Source of the DNA: Scenedesmus sp. PABB004
Lineage: Eukaryota
Length of the DNA: 57,393 bases
Assembly: GCA_014905635.1 (NCBI GenBank)
Contig: JABVCE010000012.1
Coordinates: 1,178,001-1,235,393 of the forward strand
Reading direction: 5' to 3'
The position numbers and the translations under genes are program-made. Each line of letters opens with the position of its first letter. Position 1 is the stretch's first letter. Positions 21,459 to 34,258 of this stretch are shown here, piece after piece. The notes beneath the pieces are model-generated. The model searched no databases, was not told the DNA's origin, and saw only the letters and a program-made list of their open reading frames with translations.

Positions 21459-24400
21459 TCAAAAGGTGGTCGAGCCGCTCATCTTTGACGCCGCGACGTC
21501 AAGCTGGTAGCCGGCGAGGGTCGCCGAGTTGACTGTGTAGGTGCAGGAGCCGACCCTGGTCTGCACCGCGGTCGAGGCCGTGTCGGTGCCGTCGGCGGCG
21601 GTGACGTCGCTGACGAGCGCGCCGTTGGACCAGGCGCCCGCCAGCGCGACGCCCGGCACCGGCACGAGCGTGTCCTTGCGCAGCGCGGTCACGACGGACG
21701 TGCAGACGCGCTGGTTCTTGTTGGACGGCGACGCGGCCGAGGTCACCGTCATGCGCAGCACAAGCGCCACCGGCGCCGGGGGTGGCATCGGCGACGGGCT
21801 CGGGCTCGGCACCGGCAGCGGCTCGGGACTCGGGCTGGGGCTCGGCACCGGCGCGGGCGAGGGGCTTGGGCTGGGGCTCGGCACCGTCGCCGGCGAGGGG
21901 CTTGGGCTGGGGCTCGGCACCGTCGCCGGCGCGGGGCTCGGGCTGGGGCTCGGCACCGGCGCTGGCGAGGGGCTCGGGCTCGCCGCGGGCGTGCCGCTCG
22001 CCACGTGCAGGACCCTGAGCTTGAAGTAGCCGACGCTCGAGTAGTTTGAGAAGCCGCGCGTGGTGGGCGTGCCCCAGGCGGTCCCGGTCACGGTCGCGTA
22101 GTACGTCCCCGCGGCGGGCGCGGTGAAGTTGCCGGCCGCGGCGAGGTTGTCGCCGGTGACCACGAGCTTCGTGCCGAGCGCGGGCGCGGCGCCAAACGTG
22201 GCCAGCAGGCTGCCGGACGCGTCGTAGAGGCGCAGCAGCAGGTCGAGGTTGGTGCGCACGCGGGTGACGCCGCCGACGCGCGGCGGCTCGATGCCGGTCG
22301 CCGCGAGGCTGATGAGCCCCGCGCTCGGCACGTTGAAGCGCACGTGCTCGACCGCGCCGCCGGCGGGGACGAGGCCCGTCGCGGACGCGTCGCTCGCGCC
22401 CGCGCCGGCGCTCGCGTTGGCCGTCAGCGCCAGCGGCGCCGCGGCCGCGAGCGAGGTGCCGAGGAGCTGGCCGAGGCGCGTGAGGCTGCCGGTCGCCTGC
22501 ATGACCTCGAGGTCGTTCTGCAGGCCGGCCGGGTTGTACGCGCAAGGATACACGCCCTGGTCCCACGTCGCGATCGAGCTGTAGTAGCCCGACCCCTGCG
22601 CCGCGGCGGCAGCGGCAGCAGCAGCGCAGCGGCGTGTGGGTGCGCGCGGGTGCGTGCGGGCGCCGCGGCGGCCGCGCGGGCGCGGGGTTTTTGGAGGGCG
22701 CGGGCCCAGGGCGGCCGGCGCCGGCGGGGCGTTAAAAGAAGTCCCAAGGCGCACCATGATGGGCGACCAGTTGGAGTCGTGATAGATGTCGCCCTTGTAG
22801 TAGGCGGTGGTGCCGGTGAGGGTCGAGTTGACGCACGCGTTGGACAGGCCGTCGTGGTGCAGGCCGAGCGTGTGGCCGACCTCGTGCGAGACTGCGCGCG
22901 CGCGGGCGAGGCCAGGCGCGTGGGCGCGGGGCCCGGCGCCGCGGCGGCGCGGCGCGGCACGGGCGGGGCCTGCGCGCGACGCGGCGCACGGCGGCCGCTC
23001 ACTCGCTTCCCACACGTAGCGGACGTTGCCCTTGGAGAGCTGGTCGGGCCAAACGAAGCAGGTGGAGGGCTCGGCCGTGTTGGTGGCGCTCGCGGGGCGG
23101 TTGAAGCTCGAGATGTAGGCCATGCCGCCGTAGCTGCCGCCCGCCCAGGTCGTGGACGAGCCACCGACCGCGACGCGGACGCCGTTGCCGGCGACGAGGC
23201 CGGCGGGGCTGGTCGTGACGTCGACGTCAAACACGGCAAAGTCCTCCGCCACGGAGCGCCTGGGCGGCGGCGGCGCGCGCGGCGGCGCGTGGGCGCGGCG
23301 GCGCATGGGGCGCGCGAGGCGGCGCGGCGCGCGAGGCGGCGCGGCGCCGGCGCGGCGCGGGCGCGGCGCCGGCGCGTGCGGCGCACCAGATGGCGACGAT
23401 GTTGGCGAGCTCGCCGGCCGTGAACGACGTGGTGTCGTTGTCGGCGCTGTACGGCGGCGTGACGATCGTGGGCACGTTGTACCCGGTGTTCCAATCGGTG
23501 TTGGTCACGGTGGAGCCGTTGAAGCTAAGGTATATCTTCTTGGCCGCGCTCGGGCGCGAGTGGAGGCTCAGGACGGCGTCGAGGGTGAGCGGCACGTCGG
23601 CGTCGGGCTCCGACACGTCGGGCAGGCTGCCCGTCGCGGAGCCGAGCGCCGCCTGCGGCGCGAGCTCCAGCGCGCCCGCCGGCACGAGGCTGTCGTGGCT
23701 GTGGCCGTGCCCGTGGACGTGCTGTTGCGCGGACGGCTCGGCCGGGCCGGCGCGGCGCGCGCGGCGCGCGGCGACGCGCGCCGCGCGCGCCGCCGCCGGG
23801 TCGGCGGGCGCCGACTCGGCGAGCACGGCGTCGTCGGGGAGCGCCATGCCGGCGCACACGTAGGCCAGGGACTCGCCCTCCAGGTCCACGAACTGCGGGC
23901 GGGCGGGGGAGCAGGGCGGCGGGTGAGAGCAGCGGCGGGACGGTTGCCCGCGGCGGTTACGGCTGCCAATTCATGCCCCCGCGCGCCGCTCGCGCCGCGG
24001 CGCGCCGGCCGTGGCATGCTGGTCGCATGCGCGGCGGGTCCCGGGGCGCGCTGGAGCCGCGGCGGGGCGGGGCGGGGCCGCCGACACGGTCCCGCGCCGG
24101 GCCATCACGAGCTTCGCGGTGAGCTCCGCGAGAGCTCGGCCGCCCGGCCCGAAGCGCGGCTGAGGCTGCCATGGGGCTGCCGCGCGGCGTTCGAGGGCCC
24201 CGCGGGCGCGGGCCGCGGGGGCGCGGGGCCGCGGGGGCGTGCTGCTGCAGCCGGCGCGGCGGCCTCACCAGCTCGTCCGCCTCCTCCAGGGCGTGCGCGA
24301 GCTCGGCCACGCCGTTCTTCCAGCCCGACTTGGCGGCCACGCGCCGGAGCTTGGCCTCGCCGAGCTCGGCCAGGGCGCCGCGACCGCGCTGGGTGTGGAA

Positions 24401-24496
24401 GGACCGCAAGCCCTTGCCGCCCGGCGGGCTGGGGGGCTGTGCGACGACCACGGCGAGGGCCAACGAGACCGCCAGGAGCAGGCGGAGGGCGGCCAT
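21459..24496 (-). CDS. Secreted metzincin zinc metalloprotease: signal peptide, prodomain, catalytic domain, PPC-like beta domain, (Ser-Pro) linker, C-terminal beta domain; ~5 introns
   Basis: Signal MAALRLLLAVSLALAVVVA. Motifs LHSRPSAAKKIYLSFNG, IW|..VAEDFAVFDVDVTT, SHEVGHTLGLHHDG (HExxHxxGxxH), Met-turn WSPIM|GSGYY, NLDLLLRLYDASG, AGTYYATVTG, and repeats of PVPSPSPSP. Confidence 0.88.
21794..21980 (-). repeat. Coding tandem repeat encoding (P/T)VPSPSPSP units (HRGP-like linker)
   Basis: About five ~33-36 nt units containing gggctggggctcggcaccg on the plus strand. Confidence 0.85.
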
Positions 24497-24626
24497 TGCG
24501 CGCTGGTACCAGCTGGCTCTGCTGTCTGCTGTCTGCTGCTGCTAGAGGGCGTCGGGAAGAGCGTGGCCGTTGTGTCTTGGGGCAAGGTCACGCTGCTCGG
24601 TGTGGGCGAGCGGGCGGGGGGCGGGC

Positions 24627-24632
24627 TATATA
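24627..24632 (-). promoter_or_regulatory. Putative TATA box of the metalloprotease gene
   Basis: TATATA in GC-rich context, ~130 nt upstream of the ATG at 24496. Confidence 0.5.
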
Positions 24633-25105
24633 GGGCCTGAGACAGTGTTAATGCCGGCAGACCACTATAAACGCGGCCAGCCCCCACCCTCACGCCAGCC
24701 GCCCTGCGCCGGCGTGGGCGATTCAGCACCCTGTACACGAATCTGGGCCGGCTGCGCGCGCCGACGGCCCGCTGGCCCGCGAGAGCAGCTGCCCCCACAA
24801 ATCCCCGCGTGACGGCCTCCCGGACACGCGCATGGACTCTTGGCAGCTGCCGCGGCAGTCCGGGCCGGCCGGACGCGCCGCAGGCGTCGCAGCGACAGTG
24901 TCACCCGCGGATGCTGCTGCTGCAGCGCGCCGCGGTGCGGCGCCCCCCAGGCCGTCAGGACGGCTCACACGGGATCCACGCAAGTCTCCGCTTTACCTGA
25001 CGCGCACGGCGGACCGAGTACGCGGCCAGGCGCGCAGGCCGGGGCATGTCGAGCAGCGGCAGCAATTGTCAGCGCTGCGCCTGGCCGCCACGGCCGCGCC
25101 GCGAG

Positions 25106-27176
25106 TCACGCGCACGGCCCGAGGGCGCCGCCGGCGCCGGGCGCGTCCACCGCCAGGCCCGAAGCAGCCGCCTCGCACAGCGTCTGCATGCACGGCTCAC
25201 GCAGCAGCGCGGTGATGATCGCCGCCGCCTCGGTGACCGCGCCGCCGGCGCCCCCGTCACCGCCGCCGCCGCCGCCGGCGCAGCCCGCGGGCGCAGCGAG
25301 CAGCACCGCACGCAGAAGCGCGGCAAACTGGCGGCGCCCTGTGGCGCTCAGCGCGCCGCCCGCGCGGGCGTCGCTCAGCGCTTCCAGCCCCGCCGCGACG
25401 ACGCCGTGCCAGTCCGCGCCGGCGAGCTCGGCGCACAGCGTGGCCGGCGGCAGCTGCACGAGCAGCTCCAGCGCGGCGGCCGCCACGCCGCCGGCGTCCC
25501 GGTCGCGCGCCTTGGCCCCGAGCGCGCGCACCACCCGCCCCGCCTCGCGCGATCCCGCCGGCAGCGCGACGTGCTGCAGCAGCCGCACCGCCGCGCGGCG
25601 CGCCTTGACCGACGGGTCGTGCGACAGGCAGAACAGCACGCCCTCGAGCGACGCGGCGCACCAGAGCTGCAGCTGCTCGCCTGCGCGGCGCGGCGGGGGC
25701 GGCGCGGGGTGGGCCGGCGCGGGCGGCGCTGCGAGGCGGGGCGCGCGCCGCGCCGCGCCGCGGCGCCGCGCCGCCGGGCGTCGGCCCCCGCTCACCGGGC
25801 GCCTGCTGCGCAAAGCGCTCGGCCGCGGCCGCCATCAGCGCGAGCGCGCCGCAGCGCCACTCCACGCCGCAGTTGGCCGCCGGGCGCAGCAGCTCGGCGC
25901 AGCCGCGCAGCAGCGCGCGCGCGTCAGCCGCCGCGGCGGCGTCCCAGGCTGCCGCCGCCTGCGACGGCGGCTGCCGGCCGGCGCGCCACAGGAACGCCCG
26001 CTCCAGCAGCGCCAGCAGCCTGCCGAGCAGGGCCCTGTCTGCAGCAGCGGCCGCGGCCTTGCTGGCCTCCGCGGCGGCTGGCGCCGGCTCGCTGCCATGC
26101 CCCAGACCCTGCAGCAGCTGCTGCTGCTGCTGGGCCAGGGCGACCAGGCCGCGGGCGAGCAGCTCGGGGCGGTCATACGTGCAGAGCAGCGCCGCCAGCG
26201 CCGCAAAGCCGTCGCTGCTGCTCCACGCCTGCCACTCGTGCAGGCTGAGCCGCGGCGCCGCCGGGCCCGCCGGGCCGTCGAGCGCGGCGAGCGCCAGCTG
26301 GAGCATGCACGCGTCGTAGGCCGTGTCGGGCGGCCTGCCGCCGCAGGCGCTCGCGCCGCCCGCCGCCGGCTGCGCGCCCTGCGGCGCCGCCCAGCCAAAC
26401 CCGGCCGCCAGCCAGGCGCCCGCGCCGGCGGCGAACGCCGCCCAGTCGGCGGCGCCGCCGGGCGGGGGCGCCGCCTCGGGCAGCACCGCCGCCGCCTGCG
26501 TCAGGTAGGCGGCAGCGGCAAACGACTCGCTGGCCCGCAGCGCCGCCGCGAGGCCCGGCGCCGCGCCGCCCCCGCACGGCCAGCCCCCCAGCTGCAGAAG
26601 CTGCGCCACCGCCGGCGGCGCTGCGGCGCCGCTGGGCGCCGGCCCTGCAAGCTGCAGGAAGAGCAGCAGCCGCTGCAGGGACTGGCCGCACGCGGCGCCG
26701 CGCAGCGGCGACACGCCCGTCAGCGCGGCGAACGCGTGCATCTCGGCCACCACCGCCGCGAGCGCGGGCGCTCCGAAGCGCCACAGCCAGCGCGCAAAGT
26801 CGAGCTCGCCGCTCGTGCCGAGGCCCGCCGCCGCCGCCGCCGGCGCGCGCCACTCGCCGCGGAGGCGGGCGGCGACGTCCGCCCAAAATGCGATGACGCC
26901 CGCCACCACGGCCTCGCTCTCAAAGGCGTAGACGCGGCGCAGCGCGGGCCCCGCGCCGGCCCACGCCGCCGCCAGCTCGGAGCTGGCCGTCGCCAGCTCT
27001 GAGCTGGCGGCGGCCGGCGGTCCAGTCGGCGGCGCGAGCGAGTCCAGCAGCTCGCCGCAGAGCCCGGCCTGCAGCCGGGGCTGGTCTGCCGGGGCCGCCG
27101 CGGCCGGCGCGGCGACCGCCGTGGCGGCGGCGGCGATCTTCGCGGCGGCGGCGGCGGTCTTGGTGTGCGGCTCCAT
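25106..27176 (-). CDS. Ala/Leu-rich helical protein of unknown function with C-terminal HEAT-like repeats; intron ~25682-25795
   Basis: Coding-like codon pattern from MEPHTKT. Second exon LFCLSHDPSVKARRAAVRLL..ALGAKARDRDAGGVAAAALELL follows the HEAT consensus (L.D....VR.AA...L). Confidence 0.6.
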
Positions 27177-27567
27177 GCTGCTGCTGCCGGTGAGGGGGCT
27201 GGTGGAGGAAGTGGAGGCGGCTGGGCGGCGGCGGCGAGCCACCTGCGTCGCCGCCGTTTAATTTGTGACGCGCGACGCTCCTGGACCTGCAGGGGCGCCA
27301 CAGCACCCGGCAGTCGCGGGCTCGTCACACGCGCGCGTCAGGCGCTCCACGCGCCCGCTGCGGTGCCCCCCGGGCCGCTGGGGCGCGCTGCCCGGCTCTG
27401 CCGCGGCTCTCGCCGGGCGCAGCGCGCGCGGGGGGCCGTCGCAGGCCGGCTACGCGGCGCGGACGGACAGGCAGCTGCGCTGCGGCGAGCGCCAGCGCGC
27501 GCTGCGCCGCCGCTGAGCCGGGCGGCAGGGGCAGCAGCAGCGGCGCTGTCCGCCCCGGTGAGGCGCC

Positions 27568-29482
27568 ATGAGCGACGACGAGGACTGGCCCGATGAGGTC
27601 TTCACCATGCTGGACGCCATCGAGCGCCAGGCCGCCAAGGCGCGCGCGCCGCGCCGCGCCCGCGGTGGCGCGGGCCGCGGCGCTCCGTTCCGAGCGCGCC
27701 GCGCCGGCGCCGGGCGGGCGTCGCCCGTATGCTTGCGCGCCCAGCGCTGCCCCGCCCCGCGCGCGCAGGTGCCGACCGTCTCGCAGGGCGGCGCAGCGGT
27801 GTTCGGCGCGGGCCAGCCGCCCGCCGCGTCCAACCAGGCGGCGCTCACGCAGGCGCACGCGGCGCCGTGGCGGCCGGCGCCGGTGCAGCACGCGCCCGCC
27901 GCGCCGCCGGCGCGGCCGTTGAGCCTGGCGCAGCAGCTGCTGGGCTCGGGCGCGCTGCCGCGGCCGCCGGCGATCGGCGGCTTCGCGGCGCCGCTGGGCG
28001 GCCAGCACCACCAGCACGCGCCGTGGCAGCAGCAGCAGCAGCAGCCGCGGGTGCCGGCGCCTGTCCCGTCGGCGGCGCCGCAGCAGCACCACCAGCACCA
28101 CCAGCACCACCAGCAGCAGCAGCAGCCGCAGGCATGGGGCCCGGCGCGGCAGGCGTGGAGCGCGACGCAGCAGGCCGCGCCGGCGCCGGGCGGCGAGCCC
28201 GCGCCGGGCTGTGCAGGAGGAGCCGCCGCGGCGCCGCACCAGCACCAGCAGCAGCACCAGCCCGCGGCGGCGCTGGCGCCGCAGCAGCTGCAGGCGCAGC
28301 TGGAGCGGCTGCAGCTGGAGCTGCGCTCGCAGGCGGGCGTCGCGGCGCAGCTGCGCAGCAAGGTGCGCGCCGCGCCTGGACGAGCGCGCGCCCGTGCCCG
28401 CGCCAGCAGGCCGACCCGGCACCCACCACCACCCGGCACCCACCATCACGCCGCCGCCGCCGCCGCCGCGTGTGCAGCTGGAGGCGGCCGAGCGGGACAA
28501 GGCGCAGCTGTCGGCGCGTCTGCAGGCCAACCCGCTGGCCAACAACGCGGCGCAGCAGCGCGCCAAGGAGCTGGAGAAGCAGGTGCGCGCAGCGGCAGGG
28601 CGGCGACGGGGCGGCAGGGAGCGGGCCACGCCGCGCGGCGCGGCGCCGGCCGCTCCTCCTGCCTGCCGCGCTCGGCGCGCGCGCCGCCGCCGCCGCCCGC
28701 CCGCCCAGCCCACTCCCGCGCCCGGCCGCCCGCCCGGCCGCCCGTGCAGGTTGAGATCCTTCGCAACCGGCTGCTTTTCGCCGAGCAGGAGGCGCAGGAG
28801 GCGTCCAACAAAGCCAACGACAAGGACAGCAGGGCCGCGCAGGTGGGGCGGCGTGGCGGCCGCTCGCGGCCGGAGTAGCTGCCAGCCACCGCCAGTCGCG
28901 ACGACCCGCCCCGCGCCTGCCGCCGCAGGCCCAGGACGGGCTGAGGGCGGCCGAGGCTGACCTGGCGCGCAAGCAAGAGCAGCTCCTGCAGCTGCAGCTG
29001 GAGCTGGAGCAGGAGCGCAAGCGCAGCGAGCGCCTCGCGGAGGGGTCCAGCGGCGGCGGCGGTGCGCGCGCAGGCGGCTCGGGCGTCGGCGCGGGCCAGC
29101 CGTCGCCGTCCGCCGCGCACAGCACGCCCGGCGGCGCGCTGGGCGGCCGCAAGCGCCGCGCCAGCGACGCCAGCGGCGCGGCGGGCGGCGTCGGCGGGCC
29201 CGCGGGGTCGCAGGCGCAGCTCACGCCGCAGCAGCAGGCGCGGCAGGCGCAGATGCAGCAGCTGCTGGAGGGCCGACCGAGCGCGGGCAAGGCGCCGCTG
29301 CAGCTGCAGCGGCTCGGCGGCGCGCCGGGGCGCGACTCGGCATCAGCTGCGCCGCCGGCGCATGAGGCGATGGAGGTCGAGCCTCCCGCGGACGACGACG
29401 TGCTGCAGCCGCAGCGCCAGCAGCACGACCAGGGGCCCGGCGGCGCGGCGGCGGCGCGGGAGGCAGACTCAGAGCCGCCAGC

Positions 29483-29515
<33 letters not shown>

Positions 29516-32177
29516 CAACTCGTTCGCTGGCAGGCTGATTCCGGGGCTGCCACCGCTGCAGGTGCGAGGGCCCGGCAGGCCGCCCCACCCGCCTGCACGC
29601 AGTGCTCCGTATCACCCCGCACCCCGCACCCCTGCCCCTGCGCGCAGGTGGTGCAGCCGCCGCTGGCGCAGCTGCTGTGGGGTCGGTGCGAGGGGAGCAT
29701 GCAGCAGCTGCTGCTCCCGCTGGCAGCACAGCTCTCGGGGCTGCCCGCGGGCCTGGGCGGCGGCGCCCCAGGCGCGTTCGTCAACAGCGGCCGCCTCGCA
29801 GCGGCGCTCGCGGGCGTGCAGCGGCAGCTGCAGCTGCTTTCGGCGGGCGCCGCCAGCAGTGGCGCGCCGCTGCTGCTAGGCCTGCTGCAGCTCGGCGTCG
29901 CGGCGCTCCCGCCCAGTGCCGCGCCGCTCCCTCCCGGCGGCGATGGCTCAGCGCCGCCCGAGAGCTGCTGGGCGCTCGTGCCGCCGCCGGGCGGGCACGC
30001 CGACAGCCCGCGCGCCGCGCAGCAGCAGGAGCAGGAATGCCTGGTGTTCCAGGCGGCCGCAGACGCCAGCGCGCTGCACGCGCTGCCGCTGCCGCTGGCG
30101 CGCGCGGCGCTGCAGCTGCTGCAGGCGTTGCTGGCCCTGGACGACGGCAGCATTGGCCTCGCGGCGGCGGCGCTGGGCGCGGCGCAGCTGCCGGACAGCT
30201 ACCGGCTGCTGTCGATGCAGCGCTGCGGTGCCGCTGGCGGCGGCCCGGGCGGCGGCCAGCGACCCGCCAGCCGCGCGCTGGACGGGCGCGGCAGCAGCGC
30301 GGCCAGCCTGCTCGGCAGCAGCTGGGCGCTGGACGGCGGCAGCGGCGCGCCGGGTGCGGGCGCTGGCGCGCCGCAGGGCGGCAGCGGTCTGAGCTGGTCG
30401 GCGCAGTCAGCGGGCAGCGGCGGCGGCGCGCCCAGCGCAGCTGCAGAGGCGGCCTGGGGCCCCGCCGAGGCGGCGGTGCAGGCAGCGCTCGCGGCCGGCG
30501 GCGGCGTGCCAGCGCCGGCGGCGGCATCGTCGGCTGGGGGCAGCGAGACGGCAGCCCGGCCGCACAGCCTCAGCAGCGCCGGCGGCGGCAGCCAGGGCTG
30601 CCGCGAGCAGCGCGGCCTCCTGGGGCTGCTGGCGGACGCTGCCAGCTGCCACGCGTCGCTGGCGCTGGCGGTGGGCGAGCTGCTCGCGGCGCTGGCGGGG
30701 CGGCTGCCGGCGCCGCTGCGCTCGCTGCTGCTGCCGGCGGTGGCGGACGTGCGGCTGCTGCTGGCGCTGCTGGCTGCAGCCGACCACCGGCAGCGAGCCC
30801 AGGCGGCGGCGCTGCTGCAGGAGCTGCTCGCGTGCCGGGCGGTCGCCGCCGCGTTTGACGCCGCCGCGCAGGCCGCCGGCGGCGGCGACGCCGGCGCGGC
30901 GGGCGGCGCCGACGGCGCCGCCGACGGCGCGCGGCCGCTGCAGCCGTGCAACCGCGCGCCCGGCGCGGCGCCCGGCGGGCGCGGCGCCAGCAAGCCGCCG
31001 CCCGACAAGGCGGCGGCCGTGGCGGCGGCGCGCGGCGACGCGCCGCATGCCGGCGGGGCCCTGCCGGGCCCCGTCGTGCGCGACGCGCTGCTGGGGCTAC
31101 TCGACTGCATCGCGTCGGGCCTGGACGACGCGCGGTGCCGCCCCGACGGCGGCGGCGGCGGCTGGGGCGCGTTTGAGCTGCAGCGGCGCAGCTGCGCGGC
31201 CGCGGCGCAGCTGCTGCACGCGCGCCAGGAGCTGCTGCTGCAGCTGCTGCTGGACCCGGTCTTCACCTCGGGTGCGGCGGCGACGCGCTGCGCGGCGCCC
31301 GTCAGGGGCGGCGGCGCCCGCCAGGCGCGGTCCCCGCCCGTCCCTGGCTGCTCGCCGCCGCCGCCGCGAGCGCCGCTGCCGCCCCGCCGCGCTGCCGCCG
31401 CAGGCTACGGCCTCGCTCAGCGGCTGCTGGTGCTCACCGACGCCGCGTGCTCGGCGCCCGGCGGCGATCCCTTCTGCATCGCCGCAGCGCGCGCGCCGGC
31501 GGCGGCGGGCGGCGCGGACGGCTCGGATGAGGACAGTGGCGGCGGCGGCGGCGGCGGCGGCGCCAACATCTGTGGCGCGCGCTGCGCGTGGGACGAGTGC
31601 CTGCAGCGCGTGCGGCTGGCGCAGGAGGGCCTGCTGCTGCTGCGCGCGCTGGTCGCGAGCCCGGGGCCGATCGGTGAGCGCAGCAGCGCCTGCGGCGCCT
31701 GCGGCGCCTGCGCCGGCCGGGGGCGGCGCTGCGCGGCAAACCAGCGCGCGCTCTCACCACGCCGCGCGTCGCCGCCGCCGCGCAGGCGCCGCCGCGATGG
31801 CGGACCTGTCGAGCAGCACCAACTCGCTGCGTCTCATCATGACCACGCGCGCCAAGCTGAGCGAGTGGAGCGAGGCGCTCACCGCGCCCACGGCGTGCGC
31901 GCCGGGCGGCGCCGGCCGCCGCGCCGCGCTCGCGCCGCCGCCCGGCAGCGGCGAGGCCGCGCCCGGCGCCGCGGCGGGCCTGCCACTCGCGCCGTGGGCG
32001 TGGCCGCTGAGCGCGGGCTGCGGCTGCCGCGCCGGAAAGGGCGGCGGCGGCGGGAGCGCCGCGCTGCTGCGCGGCGCGGCGCCGCCGCTGGCCGCGTGCC
32101 TGGGCGAGGCGGCCGCCGGCGCCGCGAGCGTGCACCGCCGGGTCATGCTGTGGATACGCTCGCAGGAGGGCGAGTGA
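27568..32177 (+). CDS. SUV2/ATRIP-like protein (ATR partner); ~7 introns
   Basis: Acidic N-terminal helix MSDDEDWPDEVFTMLDAIE, coiled coil (QQRAKELEKQ|VEILRNRLLFAEQEAQE), and a C-terminal block RVRLAQEGLLLLRALVAS..MADLSSSTNSLRLIMTTRAKLSEW recalling the plant SUV2 C-terminus. Assignment is from recalled similarity. Confidence 0.62.
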
Positions 32178-32778
32178 ACAGCGCGCGCGGCGAGGGCGCG
32201 CTGGCTGTGCGGTTTTGGCGGCCGGCGGTGCGCCGCCGCGCGCGGTGTGAACCGGCGCGCCGCCGTGCTGGCAGCGCCCGCTCGAGCCGCCGAGCTCGGC
32301 CCGCGCACAGCTGCAGCAGCACCGCGCAGCGCAGCAGCACCGCGCAGCGCAGCGCCGCCCCACGTGGACGGTCATTCGATCTGTGGCGGGCTGCGGCACG
32401 GTGTCAGTTGCACTCGCGCGCGGACCCCGCTGCTTCGCCTGCCGCCCCTATTGCAGGACAGCGCGTCTGTCTCTCTGAATGATGATGATGTACAAAGGGC
32501 GGCAGGCGCGCCCCGAACGGCAGAGAGCCGCCGCCTGGCGCTGCAGCGGCGGCCACGCCGCCGCTGCAGCGGCCAGCTGGCGGCGCGCGCGCCCGTCGAA
32601 CGAAACCGCCGGCGGCCCCCGCGACCCGGCCCGATGAGAAGGAATTGAGTTTGTGCGCCACCGCCGCCCCTGCTGCTGCTGCTGCTGCCGCTGCCGCCGC
32701 CGCGACGCGCGGGCGCCGCGCCCGCGGCTGCTCCTGCAGCCGCGGGGCCGGCGCGTCCGCGCGCGCGCGCGCGCCGCG

Positions 32779-33594
32779 TCACGTCGTGAACGACTCGCCG
32801 CAGCCGCACTGGCCCTTTGAGTTGGGGTTGATGAACACAAACTCAGACCTGCGCGCGGCGGCGACATCCGGCGGCGTGCCGCGCGCGTGAGCCACTGGCT
32901 GCGGGGCGCGCGGGCGGCGCCGCGCCTGCCCGCGGTGCGCGGCGCTGCGCCCGCCCGCGGCGCCACGTCTGCCCGCGGCCGCGAGCAGCGCCCGCGAGCG
33001 GCGGCCGCGCGCCGCACTTGAGCGGCTCGTCGACGTAGTCCATGCGCGTCCCGAGCACGTGCATGAGCGCGGCGGGGTCGATCAGCAGCCGCACGCCCCG
33101 CGCCTCCACCAGCTCGTCAAACTTGCCCTTCTCGTCTGCGCAGCGCGGCGGCGGCGGCGTGGGCTGCGGCGGCAGGGCGCGCGCGAGCAGCGGCGGAGAG
33201 CAGCGGCGAGCGGGCGCCGCCGCGCTGGCGGCGCGCCCCCGGCTGCGGCGCCTCTGCGGCGTGGCGCGGCGGCCCCCATGCGTCCGCCGGGGGCCCCCCG
33301 CACCCGCGTAGTTGAGCGTGTAGCTCAGGCCGCTGCACCCCCGCTTCTTCACGCCCAGCTTGATGAACTCCTGCGCCCCCGGGCCGCGGCGCGAGCGCCA
33401 GTGCGTGGGAGGCCACCCGGGGGAGGCGGGGAGCGGGCGCGCGGGGCGCGCGGGGGGCCCACCTTGTGCCGGGCGGCGAGCAGCTCGCGAATCCGGGCCG
33501 CTGCCGCGTCCGTGAGGTCCACCGCCGCCCGCTTGGCAACGGGCGTGCGCGCAGCGGCTGCCGCTTGCACCAGGGCCGCCAGCGAGGCGCGCAT
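32779..33594 (-). CDS. ISCA1: Mitochondrial A-type Fe-S cluster assembly protein IscA1; 3 introns
   Basis: AVDLTDAAAARIRELL..|EFIKLGVKKRGCSGLSYTLNYA|DEKGKFDELVE..IDPAALMHVLGTRMDYVDEPLK|SEFVFINPNSKGQCGCGESFTT*. Confidence 0.96.
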
Positions 33595-34258
33595 GCCGCC
33601 CCCCGCGCGCGCCCGGGGCTGAGCGTGCGTGGAAAAGCCGCCCCCTCGCGCGGGCTGGCGACGTCGGCGCCGCGCTGTGCGGTGCGGTTGGCGTGGCACT
33701 CGCTTGTGTCTGAGGCATGCGCGCGCGGGATGCAGGCCAGAAACGTGGGCGCACCGCCAAGCCCCGACGCCGCGGTTGCGCCGCCCCGGCCGGCCGCCCC
33801 CGCCGCCGCAGCCGTTTTGTGGTTCCGCAGCGCAGCGCGTGTGCGTGTTCGCTACGAGGGACCGTCCCCCGTGCGGGCAGCGCGTGCGCGCGTGCGGGCC
33901 GCGCGCCGCCCCGAAAGCGCCGCGGCGGCACGCGGCGGTGACGCCGGCGGAAATCTCCCGCGGCACACGCCGGGCACTCCACAAAACGCAAGTTGTTACT
34001 CCGCGATCGGCAGGCGGGCGGACGGGGCTTTGGGCCGAAGGTGAAAGAGAGAGGTCCGCCGCATTTGCTGCCGCCGCGCACAGACCGAGCGCGCCGTCCT
34101 CCCCACCAGTTCGCAGTACCCATCTCTCACTGCGCCCGAACTGCCCGTCGCTGCGGCCCCTCACACAGCCGACACACCGCGGCGGCGGCGGCAGCAGCGG
34201 CGGCCAGCTCCGCGCCAGCTCCGCGCCGGCCCCCGCAGCAGCGGCCAGCTCCGGCAGC

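Noticed and set aside
20204..21980. Tandem repeats considered as a CRISPR-like array
   Set aside because: There are no unique spacers. One is an intronic heptamer microsatellite and the other encodes a Ser-Pro linker. The context is eukaryotic with no cas genes.
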